64,000 bases of DNA, taken from Gammaproteobacteria bacterium (GTDB taxonomy: Bacteria > Pseudomonadota > Gammaproteobacteria > Ga0077536). Positions 18,780 through 30,144 of this stretch are shown here, piece after piece. Location: assembly GCA_965217605.1 (NCBI GenBank), contig CBDCJB010000014.1, forward strand, positions 12,407 to 76,406, given 5' to 3'. The notes below the pieces were generated by a model. It did no database searches and was not told where the DNA came from. It saw only the letters and a list, made by a program, of their open reading frames with translations. Numbering within the stretch: position 1 is the first letter of the stretch; each line of letters begins with the position of its first letter. A program made the translations under genes and the position numbers.

Positions 18780-19772
18780 CTATTGAAAAGCCGGATAGAC
18801 GTCTTTGACGAAGCGCCTGAGCTGTTGCGTCTGATCCCGGGCGGTGAATCGGAGGGTGATGATGTCGGCGCCGGCCTCGACGTGAGCGCGAATCGCCTCG
18901 ATACATTGCTCCGGGCTGCCCATCGCCACCCACACTTCGAGTTGTTCGCGCGTGAAATCCGTCGTGTAGTACGCGTCGAGATATTCCTTGGATTCGCGCA
19001 AAGCCGTGTCGCGATCCTCATTTACGTGGCAGTTGTAGTACAGGCAGCGCGGCATGTCACTGACGTCCCGCCCGATCTGCGCGGCCTGCCGCTCGATGCG
19101 CTGCCACGCGAGTCGAAACTGCTGCGGCGTGACCAGGGTCGTCTGCCAACCGTCCGCCACCTCCGCTACCCGGCGCGCAATGCGGTCGAGCAGCTTATCC
19201 TTGACGCCGAAGATCTCGGGGTTGTTCGCGATCCAGATTGGGCAGGGGTTCTGCACGGGTTTGGGCTCGATGGTCAGATTCTCGAACTGGTAGTAGCGGC
19301 CCTCGTGAGAAACCGCGTCTCCGGTCCACAGCTTGCGCGCAATCTCGATGCCTTCTTCCATGCGGATTGCCCGTTCCGACAGATTCATGTTCATCGCTGC
19401 CCATTCGATTTCCGACTCGCCGGAGACCTGCCCGCGCGCGCCCTGGCATGCAACCATGATGGAGCGGCCGCCGCAGACGACGTCAAAACTCGCCCATTGA
19501 TACGCGAGCAATACCGGATGACGCAGTGGAAAGCTGGCAAAGCACGCGGGTCCGAGCTTGACGCGCTCGGTCAGCGCGGCGACTGCCGACAATACGGTGA
19601 CCGCCTCGAGCCGGGGCTTGGCCGCGAGGCTGTCGCCGACCCAGATCGAATCGAAGGCGCCGGACTGCTCGGCCTCCACGCTCAAAGCCAGGATCTCTTT
19701 CACCGACGTGCTGCCGAGAACCACGCCGCGGTTCGACAGGGTCAGTCCGAAACTCACTTTGGTTTCAGCCAT
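18780..19772 (-). CDS. LLM-class (luciferase-like) flavin/F420-dependent oxidoreductase
   Basis: FDSIWVGD, LSAVAALTERVKLG, P.WIA, ADGW motifs. Confidence 0.9.
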   Translation of the reverse strand: MAETKVSFGLTLSNRGVVLGSTSVKEILALSVEAEQSGAFDSIWVGDSLAAKPRLEAVTVLSAVAALTERVKLGPACFASFPLRHPVLLAYQWASFDVVCGGRSIMVACQGARGQVSGESEIEWAAMNMNLSERAIRMEEGIEIARKLWTGDAVSHEGRYYQFENLTIEPKPVQNPCPIWIANNPEIFGVKDKLLDRIARRVAEVADGWQTTLVTPQQFRLAWQRIERQAAQIGRDVSDMPRCLYYNCHVNEDRDTALRESKEYLDAYYTTDFTREQLEVWVAMGSPEQCIEAIRAHVEAGADIITLRFTARDQTQQLRRFVKDVYPAFQ

Positions 19773-19924
19773 TGTCTTCCTCTTGATCGTTGGCCCGGCG
19801 ACTGTGACGCATCATGCGCAAACGGCAAGATACCATTGTCGAGCGTATTTCGGGGTGAACTTCAGGCCTCCGAACGGCTGAACGGTCCATGCATTCAAGC
19901 CGGCAGAAGCACGAACGGGCGGGA

Positions 19925-20147
19925 GTCGAACAATCGACTGCTCGCCGCGCAGCCCCTCCAGAACAATTCGGATCTTCTCCTCCGCTGGATACTGCTTCCG
20001 GGTTGCACGTCGAATGGCTTTGACGTGCTGCTCTGCGGTTTCTTTCGATTTCTCGCTCATCTGCGCTCTCCTCAGAGCTTCGACGAGCCAGAATCACTCT
20101 CTTAGCTATGCGCCGCAACTTGTCTCATAGGCGCTGACGGGGAATAA
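19925..20147 (-). mobile_element. IS3-family remnant (left end + orfA 5' part)
   Basis: ccgtcagcgcctatgagaca end resembles 14079; orfA KAIRRATRKQYPAEEKIRIVLEGLRGE is truncated. Confidence 0.7.
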
Positions 20148-20205
20148 TCGCGTCAACGGTAAGTATTGTTGAACGCATCTTCGTTACTGCAGGAGAAACA
20201 GGGCA

Positions 20206-20832
20206 ATGGCAACACAATGGTCCGTAAAAGGCGAATATATGGAAGCGTGCAGTTGTGATTTTCTGTGCCCCTGTTTGCCTAAGAACATGTCTGCTCCGGC
20301 GACGTTCGATTTCTGCAAAGTTGCGCTCGCTTTCGAAATCGAATCTGGAACGTTCGGCGACGTGGCTATGGACGGCGTGCGCTTCGTGATGTTTGCGCAA
20401 TCGAAGGCCGTGATGGGGACGGGCGATTGGATCGGCGGCATGGTGATCGATACGTCTGCCAGCGACGAGCAGGCAGCGGCGATCGGCGCGATTACGGGTG
20501 CGGAAGGCGGCGGGCCGCTGGCGATGCTTGCACCTTTGATTTCGGATTTTCGCGGCGTTGAACGTCATGCGATCGAGTTTAATAAAAACGGCAAGACCGT
20601 CAGCGTCAAGATCGACGGCGTATTGGATCAGGAAGTCATTGGGGTGGATAGTATGTCGGCAGAAGGCGAATGCGTTGCGCTCGACAATTCTGGGCATCCT
20701 GTGAACAAGCGCCTGAATCTCGCGAGCGCGGCGCGGAACATGATTAACGCCTTCGGCATCGAATGGCAGGACGATTCGGGCGGCAACAACGGCCACTTTG
20801 CGTCTTTCGACTGGCAGGGTGAGGCTGCGTGA
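20206..20832 (+). CDS. DUF1326 family protein
   Basis: W.VKGEYMEACSCDFLCPC N-terminal Cys motif. Confidence 0.85.
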   Translation: MATQWSVKGEYMEACSCDFLCPCLPKNMSAPATFDFCKVALAFEIESGTFGDVAMDGVRFVMFAQSKAVMGTGDWIGGMVIDTSASDEQAAAIGAITGAEGGGPLAMLAPLISDFRGVERHAIEFNKNGKTVSVKIDGVLDQEVIGVDSMSAEGECVALDNSGHPVNKRLNLASAARNMINAFGIEWQDDSGGNNGHFASFDWQGEAA

Positions 20833-20876
20833 GCGACGGCTGAAAACCGTGGTTTAGCTCATCGCTACGGTCGCAA

Positions 20877-21296
20877 TCAGCGCCCGGAGTTCAATTCGCT
20901 GTCCAAATCGGCACTTTGATAATAAAAGTTGAGCTTGTTACCGTCGAGATCGCGGAAGTAACCGATATAGTAAACATTGAGACCGGATCGTGGGTCGGCG
21001 CGAATGCCGGGCGCGCCGTCGTCGGTTCCGCCTAATTCCAGCGCTTTTGCGTGCAGACGATCGACAGTTGCCGGGTTTTCCGCACCGATCGCGATCATCA
21101 CGCCATTGCCGACGGTTGCTGGTTTTTCGTCGAATGGCTTGATCATGCAAAACATCGGTTGACCTTCTCCCGTCGCCCAGGCGATATAGCGCTCGGTATC
21201 AATAACACGTCCTGCGCCAATCTCTCCTAACAATCCGTCGTAGAAGTTCGCCGCGCGATCCATATCGTTTGTTCCGAGACAGCTGTATGCAATCAT
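20877..21296 (-). CDS. VOC (glyoxalase/bleomycin resistance) family protein
   Basis: LGTNDMDRA..FYD, PFD.KPATVGNG.M, YFRDLDGNKL. Confidence 0.9.
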   Translation of the reverse strand: MIAYSCLGTNDMDRAANFYDGLLGEIGAGRVIDTERYIAWATGEGQPMFCMIKPFDEKPATVGNGVMIAIGAENPATVDRLHAKALELGGTDDGAPGIRADPRSGLNVYYIGYFRDLDGNKLNFYYQSADLDSELNSGR

Positions 21297-21323
21297 GATT
21301 TATTCCCTGTTGGACTTGTGCTT

Positions 21324-21464
21324 TATATATGAGTCGTGAGCCGTCTGATCGCGGAAGGGTAGCACTGTTCCGAATTACGTCCGGAATACCGCTCGAAAGC
21401 GGTCCTCGTTCGCCTTCAATGTCGGTGCGGAAGCCTGACTTCGACTTTCAGCCAATCGCAAACA
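21324..21464 (+). repeat. Composite intergenic repeat, copy A5
   Basis: tatatgagtcgtgagccgtctgatcgcgg...agcactgttccgaattacgtccggaataccgctcgaaagcggtc...tgacttcgactttcagccaa. Confidence 0.8.
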
Positions 21465-21479
21465 GGTCGCGCTCGCTCA

Positions 21480-21851
21480 TCAACTCTTGTCCGCATTGCG
21501 AACGTTGTACATAAAATAAAGGCTGACCAGCGTCGCGGCCACAAGGACAAACGCCGTACCCTCTATATAACCTGGGACGTTATTAAAGATCCAAACTTCG
21601 TCAAAAATCGTCTTCTCGCGCGCTTGGATCACGAACCAGCTGTCCACATATCCGACTGTTACCGACACAAAAATTGCGGCAAGGACCCCGTATAGGGTCG
21701 AAATCGTCAAACATTGAAATCGCGATAAGGATTTGCCCAGGAAATATGCGACTGTTAGATACCCGAACGTCACAGAAACCCACATGCCCGCGTAGGTAGC
21801 AGTTACCTCGCCAATATTCGTCAACGCAGCAATAGTGTCAGCTTCGGTCAT
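21480..21851 (-). CDS. Small multi-TM membrane protein (paralog of 17862-18236)
   Basis: See paralog; bracketed by repeats A5 and A6. Confidence 0.7.
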   Translation of the reverse strand: MTEADTIAALTNIGEVTATYAGMWVSVTFGYLTVAYFLGKSLSRFQCLTISTLYGVLAAIFVSVTVGYVDSWFVIQAREKTIFDEVWIFNNVPGYIEGTAFVLVAATLVSLYFMYNVRNADKS

Positions 21852-21902
21852 TTCGCTATCCTCCCATCTTCAAACTACCGGCGACTAGCATAGCTGGCCT
21901 GC

Positions 21903-22040
21903 CTGCTATTGGGTCGTCGGCCGCCATATTGCGGCGCAGTACAGCTGAAGGTTACGTCTGCAATCCACACAAAACCATTCACTCGGCTTGCGTAACAATC
22001 ATCGCCGGGGGTGACTTCGACTCACGGCCAGAAGCTGACG
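21903..22040 (+). repeat. Composite intergenic repeat, copy A6
   Basis: ctattgggtcgtcggccgccatattgcggcgcagtac...ttacgtctgcaat...tcggcttgcgtaacaatcatcgccgggggtgacttcgactcacggccagaagctgac; the linker matches A4. Confidence 0.85.
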
Positions 22041-22103
22041 CACATCGATGCACGAGCTCAGGATATGCTTATCCAACGAAATCGGCCGCGTTTGGAGGCA
22101 AAT

Positions 22104-22598
22104 ATGAATCTTGGCGATCTGGCGAATGTAGGTGAACTGGGAGCCGGTATTGCAACCGTGCTCACACTGGTTTTCGTTGCGTTTGAACTGCGGGCAAATC
22201 GCCGGCAAAACAGGCTTTCCATGCTCACCGCTTTAGATAAAGGGTGGAACGACATCAACGCGCAGATGGCGGTGGATAAAGTTCTGGGAAATTTGATGCT
22301 TAAGGGTATGAGTGATCCGGAGTCTCTGACCGATGAGGAAGCCGCGCGATTCTGGTGGATTGTCGTCCAGTACATTAATCACCATAAATCTGTGTGGACG
22401 CTGCTCACGAAAGAAGGTCTCGATACACACCATGAACAGTGGATGAGAACCGATATCTCGGCGGCCTACAACACCCCTGGTTGGCTGAAGGTCTTCCGTT
22501 CAGTCAGCCCTTGGACGCCCCCAGAATTCGATGCTTTTGTAGCTAAGCAAATGGCGACGAGAGTCGAATTTCCGGATTGGCGAAAACTTCAAGTGTGA
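22104..22598 (+). CDS. Hypothetical protein with N-terminal membrane anchor
   Basis: ggagg RBS; MNLGDLANVGELGAGIATVLTLVFVAFELR N-terminal helix. Confidence 0.7.
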   Translation: MNLGDLANVGELGAGIATVLTLVFVAFELRANRRQNRLSMLTALDKGWNDINAQMAVDKVLGNLMLKGMSDPESLTDEEAARFWWIVVQYINHHKSVWTLLTKEGLDTHHEQWMRTDISAAYNTPGWLKVFRSVSPWTPPEFDAFVAKQMATRVEFPDWRKLQV

Positions 22599-22612
22599 CA
22601 CGAGCGCAAATC

Positions 22613-22642
22613 GACACTCGCCTTTCGGCCGATAACTGACAT
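22613..22642 (+). repeat. Single repeat-family unit
   Basis: gacactcgcctttcggccgataactgacat resembles the third unit of A4/A6. Confidence 0.5.
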
Positions 22643-22804
22643 CGAGTGGGCAAAAAGAAACCGCCGAAATGGGTCCCTGCTGATATAGAAAAATCGAATC
22701 TATCGGATATATGGATGCCCAAGGGGCACCCGTCGCCGATAGAAGTTTGCCTTTATCGGAGTTATGTATGTTCGAATATCGGCCGTAATGATTTGGAGAA
22801 TAAG

Positions 22805-23614
22805 ATGGAAGACGTTTTCAAGAGCGACGCCTTTTCAGACAAGGCTGTGCTGATCACTGGCGCCACCTCGGGCATCGGCGCCGAGACCGCGCGGCAGTTT
22901 GCCACGCACGGTGCCCAAGTCATGTTGGTCGGACGCAGCGCAGAACGGGGCGAGGCACTCAAGGCCGAGATTGAAGGTGCTGGCGGCACGGCGGAACTCG
23001 TCCTGGCCGACGTAACCGAATCGGCTGCCTGCGACGCGGTCGTGACGAAGACCATCGAACGCTTCGGTCGCATCGACATCCTATTCAACAACGCGGGCGT
23101 GGTGCTCATCGCCGGCCTCGTCGAAACCTCGGATGACGCGTTCGCTCGCGTCATGCACACCAATCTGTTCGGTGCTTTCTACATGGCCCGTGCGACGTTG
23201 AAGCAGATGCACAAACAGGGATCGGGCTCGATCGTCAATATGGGATCGGATGCTGGGCTGCAGGGCTATGTGGGCGCCGGCGTTTACGGTGCCTCGAAGG
23301 CGGCGGTTATCCACATGACTCGCTGCCTGGCGCTCGAGACGGCGGCCGACAACATCCGTGTCAACGTGATCTGCCCGGGCGACGTCAATACGCCCATGCA
23401 GGACGCAGCGTATGCGCAGATGGGCGCCACCCGTGAAGACGCGATGGCTGCGGTCGCAGCCGCCATACCCATGAAGCGCCACGGCGAACCCGTCGAGATC
23501 GCACGCACGGTGATGTTTCTCGCATCGGATGCGGCGCGGTTTCTCCACGGCTCAGTGTGCTCCGTAGACGGCGGCGCGGCCGCGGGGCGCAGCTTCATCA
23601 CCGACAAAATGTAA
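22805..23614 (+). CDS. Short-chain dehydrogenase/reductase
   Basis: TGATSGIG, NNAG, YGASK motifs. Confidence 0.95.
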   Translation: MEDVFKSDAFSDKAVLITGATSGIGAETARQFATHGAQVMLVGRSAERGEALKAEIEGAGGTAELVLADVTESAACDAVVTKTIERFGRIDILFNNAGVVLIAGLVETSDDAFARVMHTNLFGAFYMARATLKQMHKQGSGSIVNMGSDAGLQGYVGAGVYGASKAAVIHMTRCLALETAADNIRVNVICPGDVNTPMQDAAYAQMGATREDAMAAVAAAIPMKRHGEPVEIARTVMFLASDAARFLHGSVCSVDGGAAAGRSFITDKM

Positions 23615-23812
23615 GCCACGCCCAATCACCGAAGACACGGCCCAGGTACGCTTTGCTCGGTGGGCGCGTAAAGCGCGACACGACGGGGAGCCATCATTTT
23701 GGAACGAATTGCAGGTCGTTATGAACCTTCCGTTGGAATACGTTCCAACACCTCGCCAATTATCGTGTCGGTTGAAGCGCCCTCGACCTAGCCGCCACGT
23801 GGTTTTCCGTCC

Positions 23813-25090
23813 TTAGAAGAACACAAAGGATCGGACAACAACGTTTTTGCGGCAGGGCGCGTCGTTGGGCGCGGTCGGGTCGACGCAGGCCGTGTGGAAG
23901 GACCAGCGCGAGACGGAGCCGTCGGTGACAGAGTCGTAGCACTTGAGCATCGAGACCTCGGTGGGCTTTTGCTGGGGAAGCCAGTACCACTCGTGGTCGG
24001 GCCTGTAGGTGAAGCGCGTAGTCTCGCCAACGCGATCGTCGTAGACGCGATAGCTGGTGATGTAGGGCTGGTCGGCGAACGAGGGCCAGGCGCAGAGCAC
24101 GAAGGGGTTCTGACGCACGGTTTCCATCGGCTTGGCAAGATTGATCGACATGAACCGCCGCGACATCTTCGCGTCGGCCTGCGCTTCCGTATAGTGCTGC
24201 TCGCGCCCGAAGTTCCGCAGGTTTCTCGTAAGGAGCTCGCGGCAGCGGACACGGCCGCTGTTGTCGTTCAGGTCGTTGTGCACGATGTTGGCGTAGTAAT
24301 TGTTCACGCCCGGAATCTTGTTGTCCTGGTCCTCCGTGCGGTCGCCCGCATAGTCCTTGTCAAACACGTCATGGTTGTACACGAGCGCATCCGTCGCGCC
24401 CGGGAAGCATTCCAAGAGGAGCTCTTCCATCTCGGGGTAGAACACGCGCTCCACCTCGGCAGCGTCGTAGAAGTTCTCGCACTTGGACTCGCAGTGCGCC
24501 AACGAGACGCCGAGCTTGTCCATGCACTCGGGGCTATAGGGCGAGAGGCCCGGGTAGTACTCCTCGATTCGTCGCGCGTCGCGCATCACCTGCGGGAAAT
24601 AGAGGCGTCGCTGCTCGATGTCCTTGTCTTCCTTACGCAATGCGTTGGCCTCGGCCTCGTGCGCGTGGTCACGCCAGAATGCGTTGGACGTGACGATGGT
24701 GTAGGACGGCCGCTCGTGGATGGTATAGCGAAGCGGAACCGCCAGACCGCCGTCAGGGGCTTCGATGGCGCTCGCCCGAATATGTTCCAGGCACTCCGAG
24801 TAGGTCCGAAACCCGGTACCCCACTTGGTCTCGATGGGGCCGGGGGGAGCATTGTCGAGCATGTCGATGATTGCCTGCCCCTCCCCCTCGGCAATCTGGC
24901 GAAGCGCCGCCTCTGTCGCCGCAGCAGTTCCCGCATCGCCATCCTGATCGAACGACATGTAGGACAAGCCTCCGTTCGCAGCGATGGGCGGTGGCTGCCC
25001 TTCCGTGAGTTCGAGGGGAGGCACATACACCGATGAAACTGTCTCCGTATCCGCCGGGACGTGGTTCGTAGTGTCTTTGAGCTGGTCCAT
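23813..25090 (-). CDS. CmcJ/NvfI-like (2-oxoglutarate/Fe(II)-type) oxidoreductase with N-terminal extension
   Basis: HND, INLAKP..TV.QNP..LC, W..LPQQ.P.EV.MLKCYDS, HTA..DP..P....R...VR motifs in the C-terminal half. Confidence 0.7.
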   Translation of the reverse strand: MDQLKDTTNHVPADTETVSSVYVPPLELTEGQPPPIAANGGLSYMSFDQDGDAGTAAATEAALRQIAEGEGQAIIDMLDNAPPGPIETKWGTGFRTYSECLEHIRASAIEAPDGGLAVPLRYTIHERPSYTIVTSNAFWRDHAHEAEANALRKEDKDIEQRRLYFPQVMRDARRIEEYYPGLSPYSPECMDKLGVSLAHCESKCENFYDAAEVERVFYPEMEELLLECFPGATDALVYNHDVFDKDYAGDRTEDQDNKIPGVNNYYANIVHNDLNDNSGRVRCRELLTRNLRNFGREQHYTEAQADAKMSRRFMSINLAKPMETVRQNPFVLCAWPSFADQPYITSYRVYDDRVGETTRFTYRPDHEWYWLPQQKPTEVSMLKCYDSVTDGSVSRWSFHTACVDPTAPNDAPCRKNVVVRSFVFF

Positions 25091-25191
25091 TACATGCCCT
25101 CGATTAGAGAGACCCCATCTTGGCACACGAGACTTTTACTTCCCAGGGATGCTTACGGCGTATTCGGGCTTAGTAAAATACTCGCGATGCG

Positions 25192-25330
25192 CACTTCAGG
25201 TCGTGAGCCGCCATATCGCGGCGGCGCGGCACTGCAAGAGGTTGCGTCTGGAGTTCCCTCGAAAGCGGTCATCTAGTTGCTTTAATGATCGCATCGAGGA
25301 AGCACTTCGGCTTACCGCCGGAAGCGGACG
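25192..25330 (+). repeat. Composite intergenic repeat, copy A7
   Basis: ggtcgtgagccgccatatcgcggcggcgcggcactg...gcgtctggagttccctcgaaagcggtcat...cacttcggcttaccgccggaagcggacg. Confidence 0.85.
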
Positions 25331-25367
25331 CTAAACAACGGCTTCAACCGATCTTTACGGCAACGGA

Positions 25368-27026
<1,659 letters not shown>

Positions 27027-27063
27027 TTAGCAGCCAATTGTACCGCGTGAAAGCGCATGATTT

Positions 27064-27810
27064 TCAGTTGTCCGCATCGCCTTTTGAGCGCGACAGACCA
27101 TACTGAATAAACTTATCCTGAAACTTGGGATGCGTCGGCGCCAGTGAAAAAGCACGCTCGAAGTCTTTGAACGCAAGATCTTTGTCTCCCTTTAATTCAT
27201 AGGTTTTGCCGCGGGCGTAATAACTCGTCGCATTCGATGCATTAAACTCGAGCGCGATATTGAAATCCGCGATCGCCGCGTCGAGATCCCCGTGCTTGCG
27301 GAAGGTGATCCCGCGACTGGTGATTGCCGAAGACCCTTCCGAGCCGAGTTCGATGGCCCGATCGTAGTCTCGGATCGAGTTTTCAAACTGGCCGGTTTGG
27401 TCAAAAATATCGGCGCGTGCCTCATAGGCCGCCGCAGATTCTGGATCGAGCGAGATTGCCTTCGTGCAATCGGCAAGGGCGAGGACGAAACGTCTGGTTC
27501 TTCCGTACGAGAAGCATCGACTAGCGTACGCGTCTGCATAGTCGGGCTTCGTTCGGATGGCCGCGTCAAAATCGGAAAGCGCGAGTCCGTCGCGACCGAG
27601 GTTGCCGTGGGCTGACCCGCGCCATCGGTATATCAAGGCGAGCCGTTTCGGTTTCATGCCACCGAGCTTGATGGCTTCAGTAAAGTGGCTAATCGCGGTC
27701 TCCAGATCTGACAGGCTGAACGCGGCTTTGCCGGCCCGATACTCAGCTTTCCAGTCGGCGTTAGCCGCGATTGAGATGACGAGGATGAGGCTCGAGATCG
27801 CAATTTTCAT
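27064..27810 (-). CDS. Secreted TPR-repeat protein
   Basis: Signal peptide MKIAISSLILVISIAANA followed by multiple TPRs (A...RG.......A..DF..AI). Confidence 0.85.
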   Translation of the reverse strand: MKIAISSLILVISIAANADWKAEYRAGKAAFSLSDLETAISHFTEAIKLGGMKPKRLALIYRWRGSAHGNLGRDGLALSDFDAAIRTKPDYADAYASRCFSYGRTRRFVLALADCTKAISLDPESAAAYEARADIFDQTGQFENSIRDYDRAIELGSEGSSAITSRGITFRKHGDLDAAIADFNIALEFNASNATSYYARGKTYELKGDKDLAFKDFERAFSLAPTHPKFQDKFIQYGLSRSKGDADN

Positions 27811-28143
27811 TGGGTTAGTCGATCGCTTTCCGATTGACCTGACCGCAGTATAGCGGGCGCCGAGTCCCCACCGCGCGAACGATTTAGCCAATGTGTTGCG
27901 TCGATAGGTTGAAACCGCACCTTTGAAGCCGTCATAAACATCTCCACACATTGCAATTGAAAACCCCGCACTAAGGCAGCGTTTCGTCATCCGAAATGCG
28001 AATTGAAATCGCTAAGCTGGACCTGGCCCATGACCGCCGGGCGGCTCGCGTTACAATGAGGCCTGTGCTCGAAATTGCACGAAAGAGTGATGTCGAGCAC
28101 TCTCCTTCTCCAATCACCGAATAAAATGTGACAAGGAATCAAC

Positions 28144-29016
28144 GTGAACTACGCGACGATTGAATACGAAAAACGCGGCCCGGTTGCCCTCGTCACCCTG
28201 AACCGCCCGGACAAACTGAACGCGTTGTCCGAGTCATTACAGATTGAAGTACGGGACGCGTTTGAGGACGCCGGTTGGGGTGACGACAGTATTCGCGTCA
28301 TCATTTTGAAGGCGGCCGGGAGGGCGTTCAGCTCGGGTTTTGATATATCCTCGGATCACGGCGGCAGTGCGCTTGCCTGGCGATCGCGATTTCTCAAGGG
28401 TAAGGGATTTAGTGCGTCGGCTTGGTGGGATGTTTTTTGGAACAACCCGAAACCGATCATCGCGCAAATCCACGGCTACTGCATCGCCGGGGGCCTTGCC
28501 ACCGCAACTTTTTGCGACCTGCGCGTTTGTTCAGAGGATTCGAAATTCGGCGCCCCGGAGATCCGCACGGGTGGGCCGTATATACCTGCGGTGTGGCCAT
28601 GGGTGATCGGTATGACCAAGGCGCGCGAGTTGCTCTATACCGGCAACCTGATCGATGCCGCAGAAGCTAAGCGCATCGATCTAGTCAACGAGGTCGTGCG
28701 AACCGAGGAACTCGATGATGCCGCATATAAACGCGCCCTAACAATTGCGAAGGTGCCGGCAGCAACGGTTGAATACAACAAGAAACTGATCAATATGTCC
28801 TATGAGTTAATGGGAGTCAGGCAAGTGCTCGAGCGTTCGATGGAACTCGAAGCGATCGCGCTAGGGAGTGCTGGCGACTCACCGGAGATTGAAAAATTTA
28901 ATTCCATCCGCGATAAAAGTGGTTTAAAGGCTGCGCTCGAATGGAATGCCGCGCGTTTCGCTGAAGAGGATGCCTGGTTCCGCGGCGACAAAACCGACGA
29001 TCCCAAAGCGCGTTAG
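28144..29016 (+). CDS. Enoyl-CoA hydratase/isomerase (crotonase) family
   Basis: VTLNRPDKLNALS, FSSGFDI, KPIIAQIHGYCIAGG, FGAPEI. Confidence 0.95.
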   Translation: MNYATIEYEKRGPVALVTLNRPDKLNALSESLQIEVRDAFEDAGWGDDSIRVIILKAAGRAFSSGFDISSDHGGSALAWRSRFLKGKGFSASAWWDVFWNNPKPIIAQIHGYCIAGGLATATFCDLRVCSEDSKFGAPEIRTGGPYIPAVWPWVIGMTKARELLYTGNLIDAAEAKRIDLVNEVVRTEELDDAAYKRALTIAKVPAATVEYNKKLINMSYELMGVRQVLERSMELEAIALGSAGDSPEIEKFNSIRDKSGLKAALEWNAARFAEEDAWFRGDKTDDPKAR

Positions 29017-29108
29017 CGCAACGTCGCGGTTTCCCACTTCGAGGCACGGCCTTACAGGCGCTGTAGTGCTTGCGCGGATCTAGAGATACACATCGGAAGG
29101 AGAGTGAT

Positions 29109-29882
29109 ATGGATCTTGGTTTAAAAGACCGCGTAGCGGTCATTACTGGAGCGAGCTACGGGCTGGGCGAGGCCATGGCCCAGCGCTTAGTCAACGAGGG
29201 AGCACGCGTCGTTATCTGTGCGCGCGGCGAGGAGAAACTAAACCGTACTGCACAAGCCCTGGGTCCCAACGCGTATGCGATCCAGGCTGATGTGAGCAAG
29301 GCTGCAGACATCACACAACTTTTCGATCACACCGTGAAGGAGTTCGGCAAACTTGACATCCTGGTCAACAATGCCGGCTGGTATCACCTGAGCCAAGGAC
29401 TGGGTCTATCCGACGAGGAGTGGCAGGACAATCTTGATATCAACCTGTTCAGCGTGATTCGCTGTTCACGGCTTGCCGTTCCCCTGATGCAGAAACAGAA
29501 ATGGGGCCGGATTGTCAACATTTCTTCGATCTTCGGCAAACAGCCTAACGCGGGCTTGATCGACTACAACACCACCAAAGCAGCCGTTATCTCTCTCACC
29601 AAAACCCTGGCCGACGAGTTGGCCAAGGAAAACATACTGGTCAACGCGGTGTGTCCAGGACCAACGCGTACGCCATTGTGGGATGGTCTGGCAAAGACGT
29701 TTAATCCTGACGATCCGGACGGCATGATCAATGACTTTGCCGCCGCGAATATTCCGCTAGGTCGGTTTGGCCGCCCTGAGGAGATTGCCGACCTGGTTGC
29801 GTTTCTGGCCTCAGAACGGGCCAGCTTTATCACTGGTGCTGCTTATGACATCGACGGTGGGATGGTGAAGAATATGGGGTAG
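29109..29882 (+). CDS. Short-chain dehydrogenase/reductase
   Basis: TGASYGLG, NNAG, YNTTK motifs. Confidence 0.95.
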   Translation: MDLGLKDRVAVITGASYGLGEAMAQRLVNEGARVVICARGEEKLNRTAQALGPNAYAIQADVSKAADITQLFDHTVKEFGKLDILVNNAGWYHLSQGLGLSDEEWQDNLDINLFSVIRCSRLAVPLMQKQKWGRIVNISSIFGKQPNAGLIDYNTTKAAVISLTKTLADELAKENILVNAVCPGPTRTPLWDGLAKTFNPDDPDGMINDFAAANIPLGRFGRPEEIADLVAFLASERASFITGAAYDIDGGMVKNMG

Positions 29883-30144
29883 GAGAGGTGATCTCTGTGA
29901 GCCGGGCGCCGGCCATCGTTACCCCAGCATTACAGTAGAGCCGACGGCTAACAGCAACGTGCTCGCGAGCGGTGCCGCGTCCTCGTCGAGATGGAACATG
30001 CGAGGGTGTTCGTCTGACGGCTTTGTTGCGGGTAGGGCATTCCCTGGTGTCGGAAAGAAGCGCCGCACCATAGGTTAGACGGAGGATATCCTTACGCTCC
30101 GTTGCTCGAACAAGCCACGCCCAGAAAATCACTAAAAGGAAACC

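Noticed and set aside
18753-20105. Long shadow ORFs (e.g. 18753-20105, 23894-25036, 25858-26835, 26253-27050, 49876-50694, 50743-51894, 58770-59681)
   Set aside because: Antisense or alternative-frame to well-supported genes in GC-rich DNA; no family motifs.
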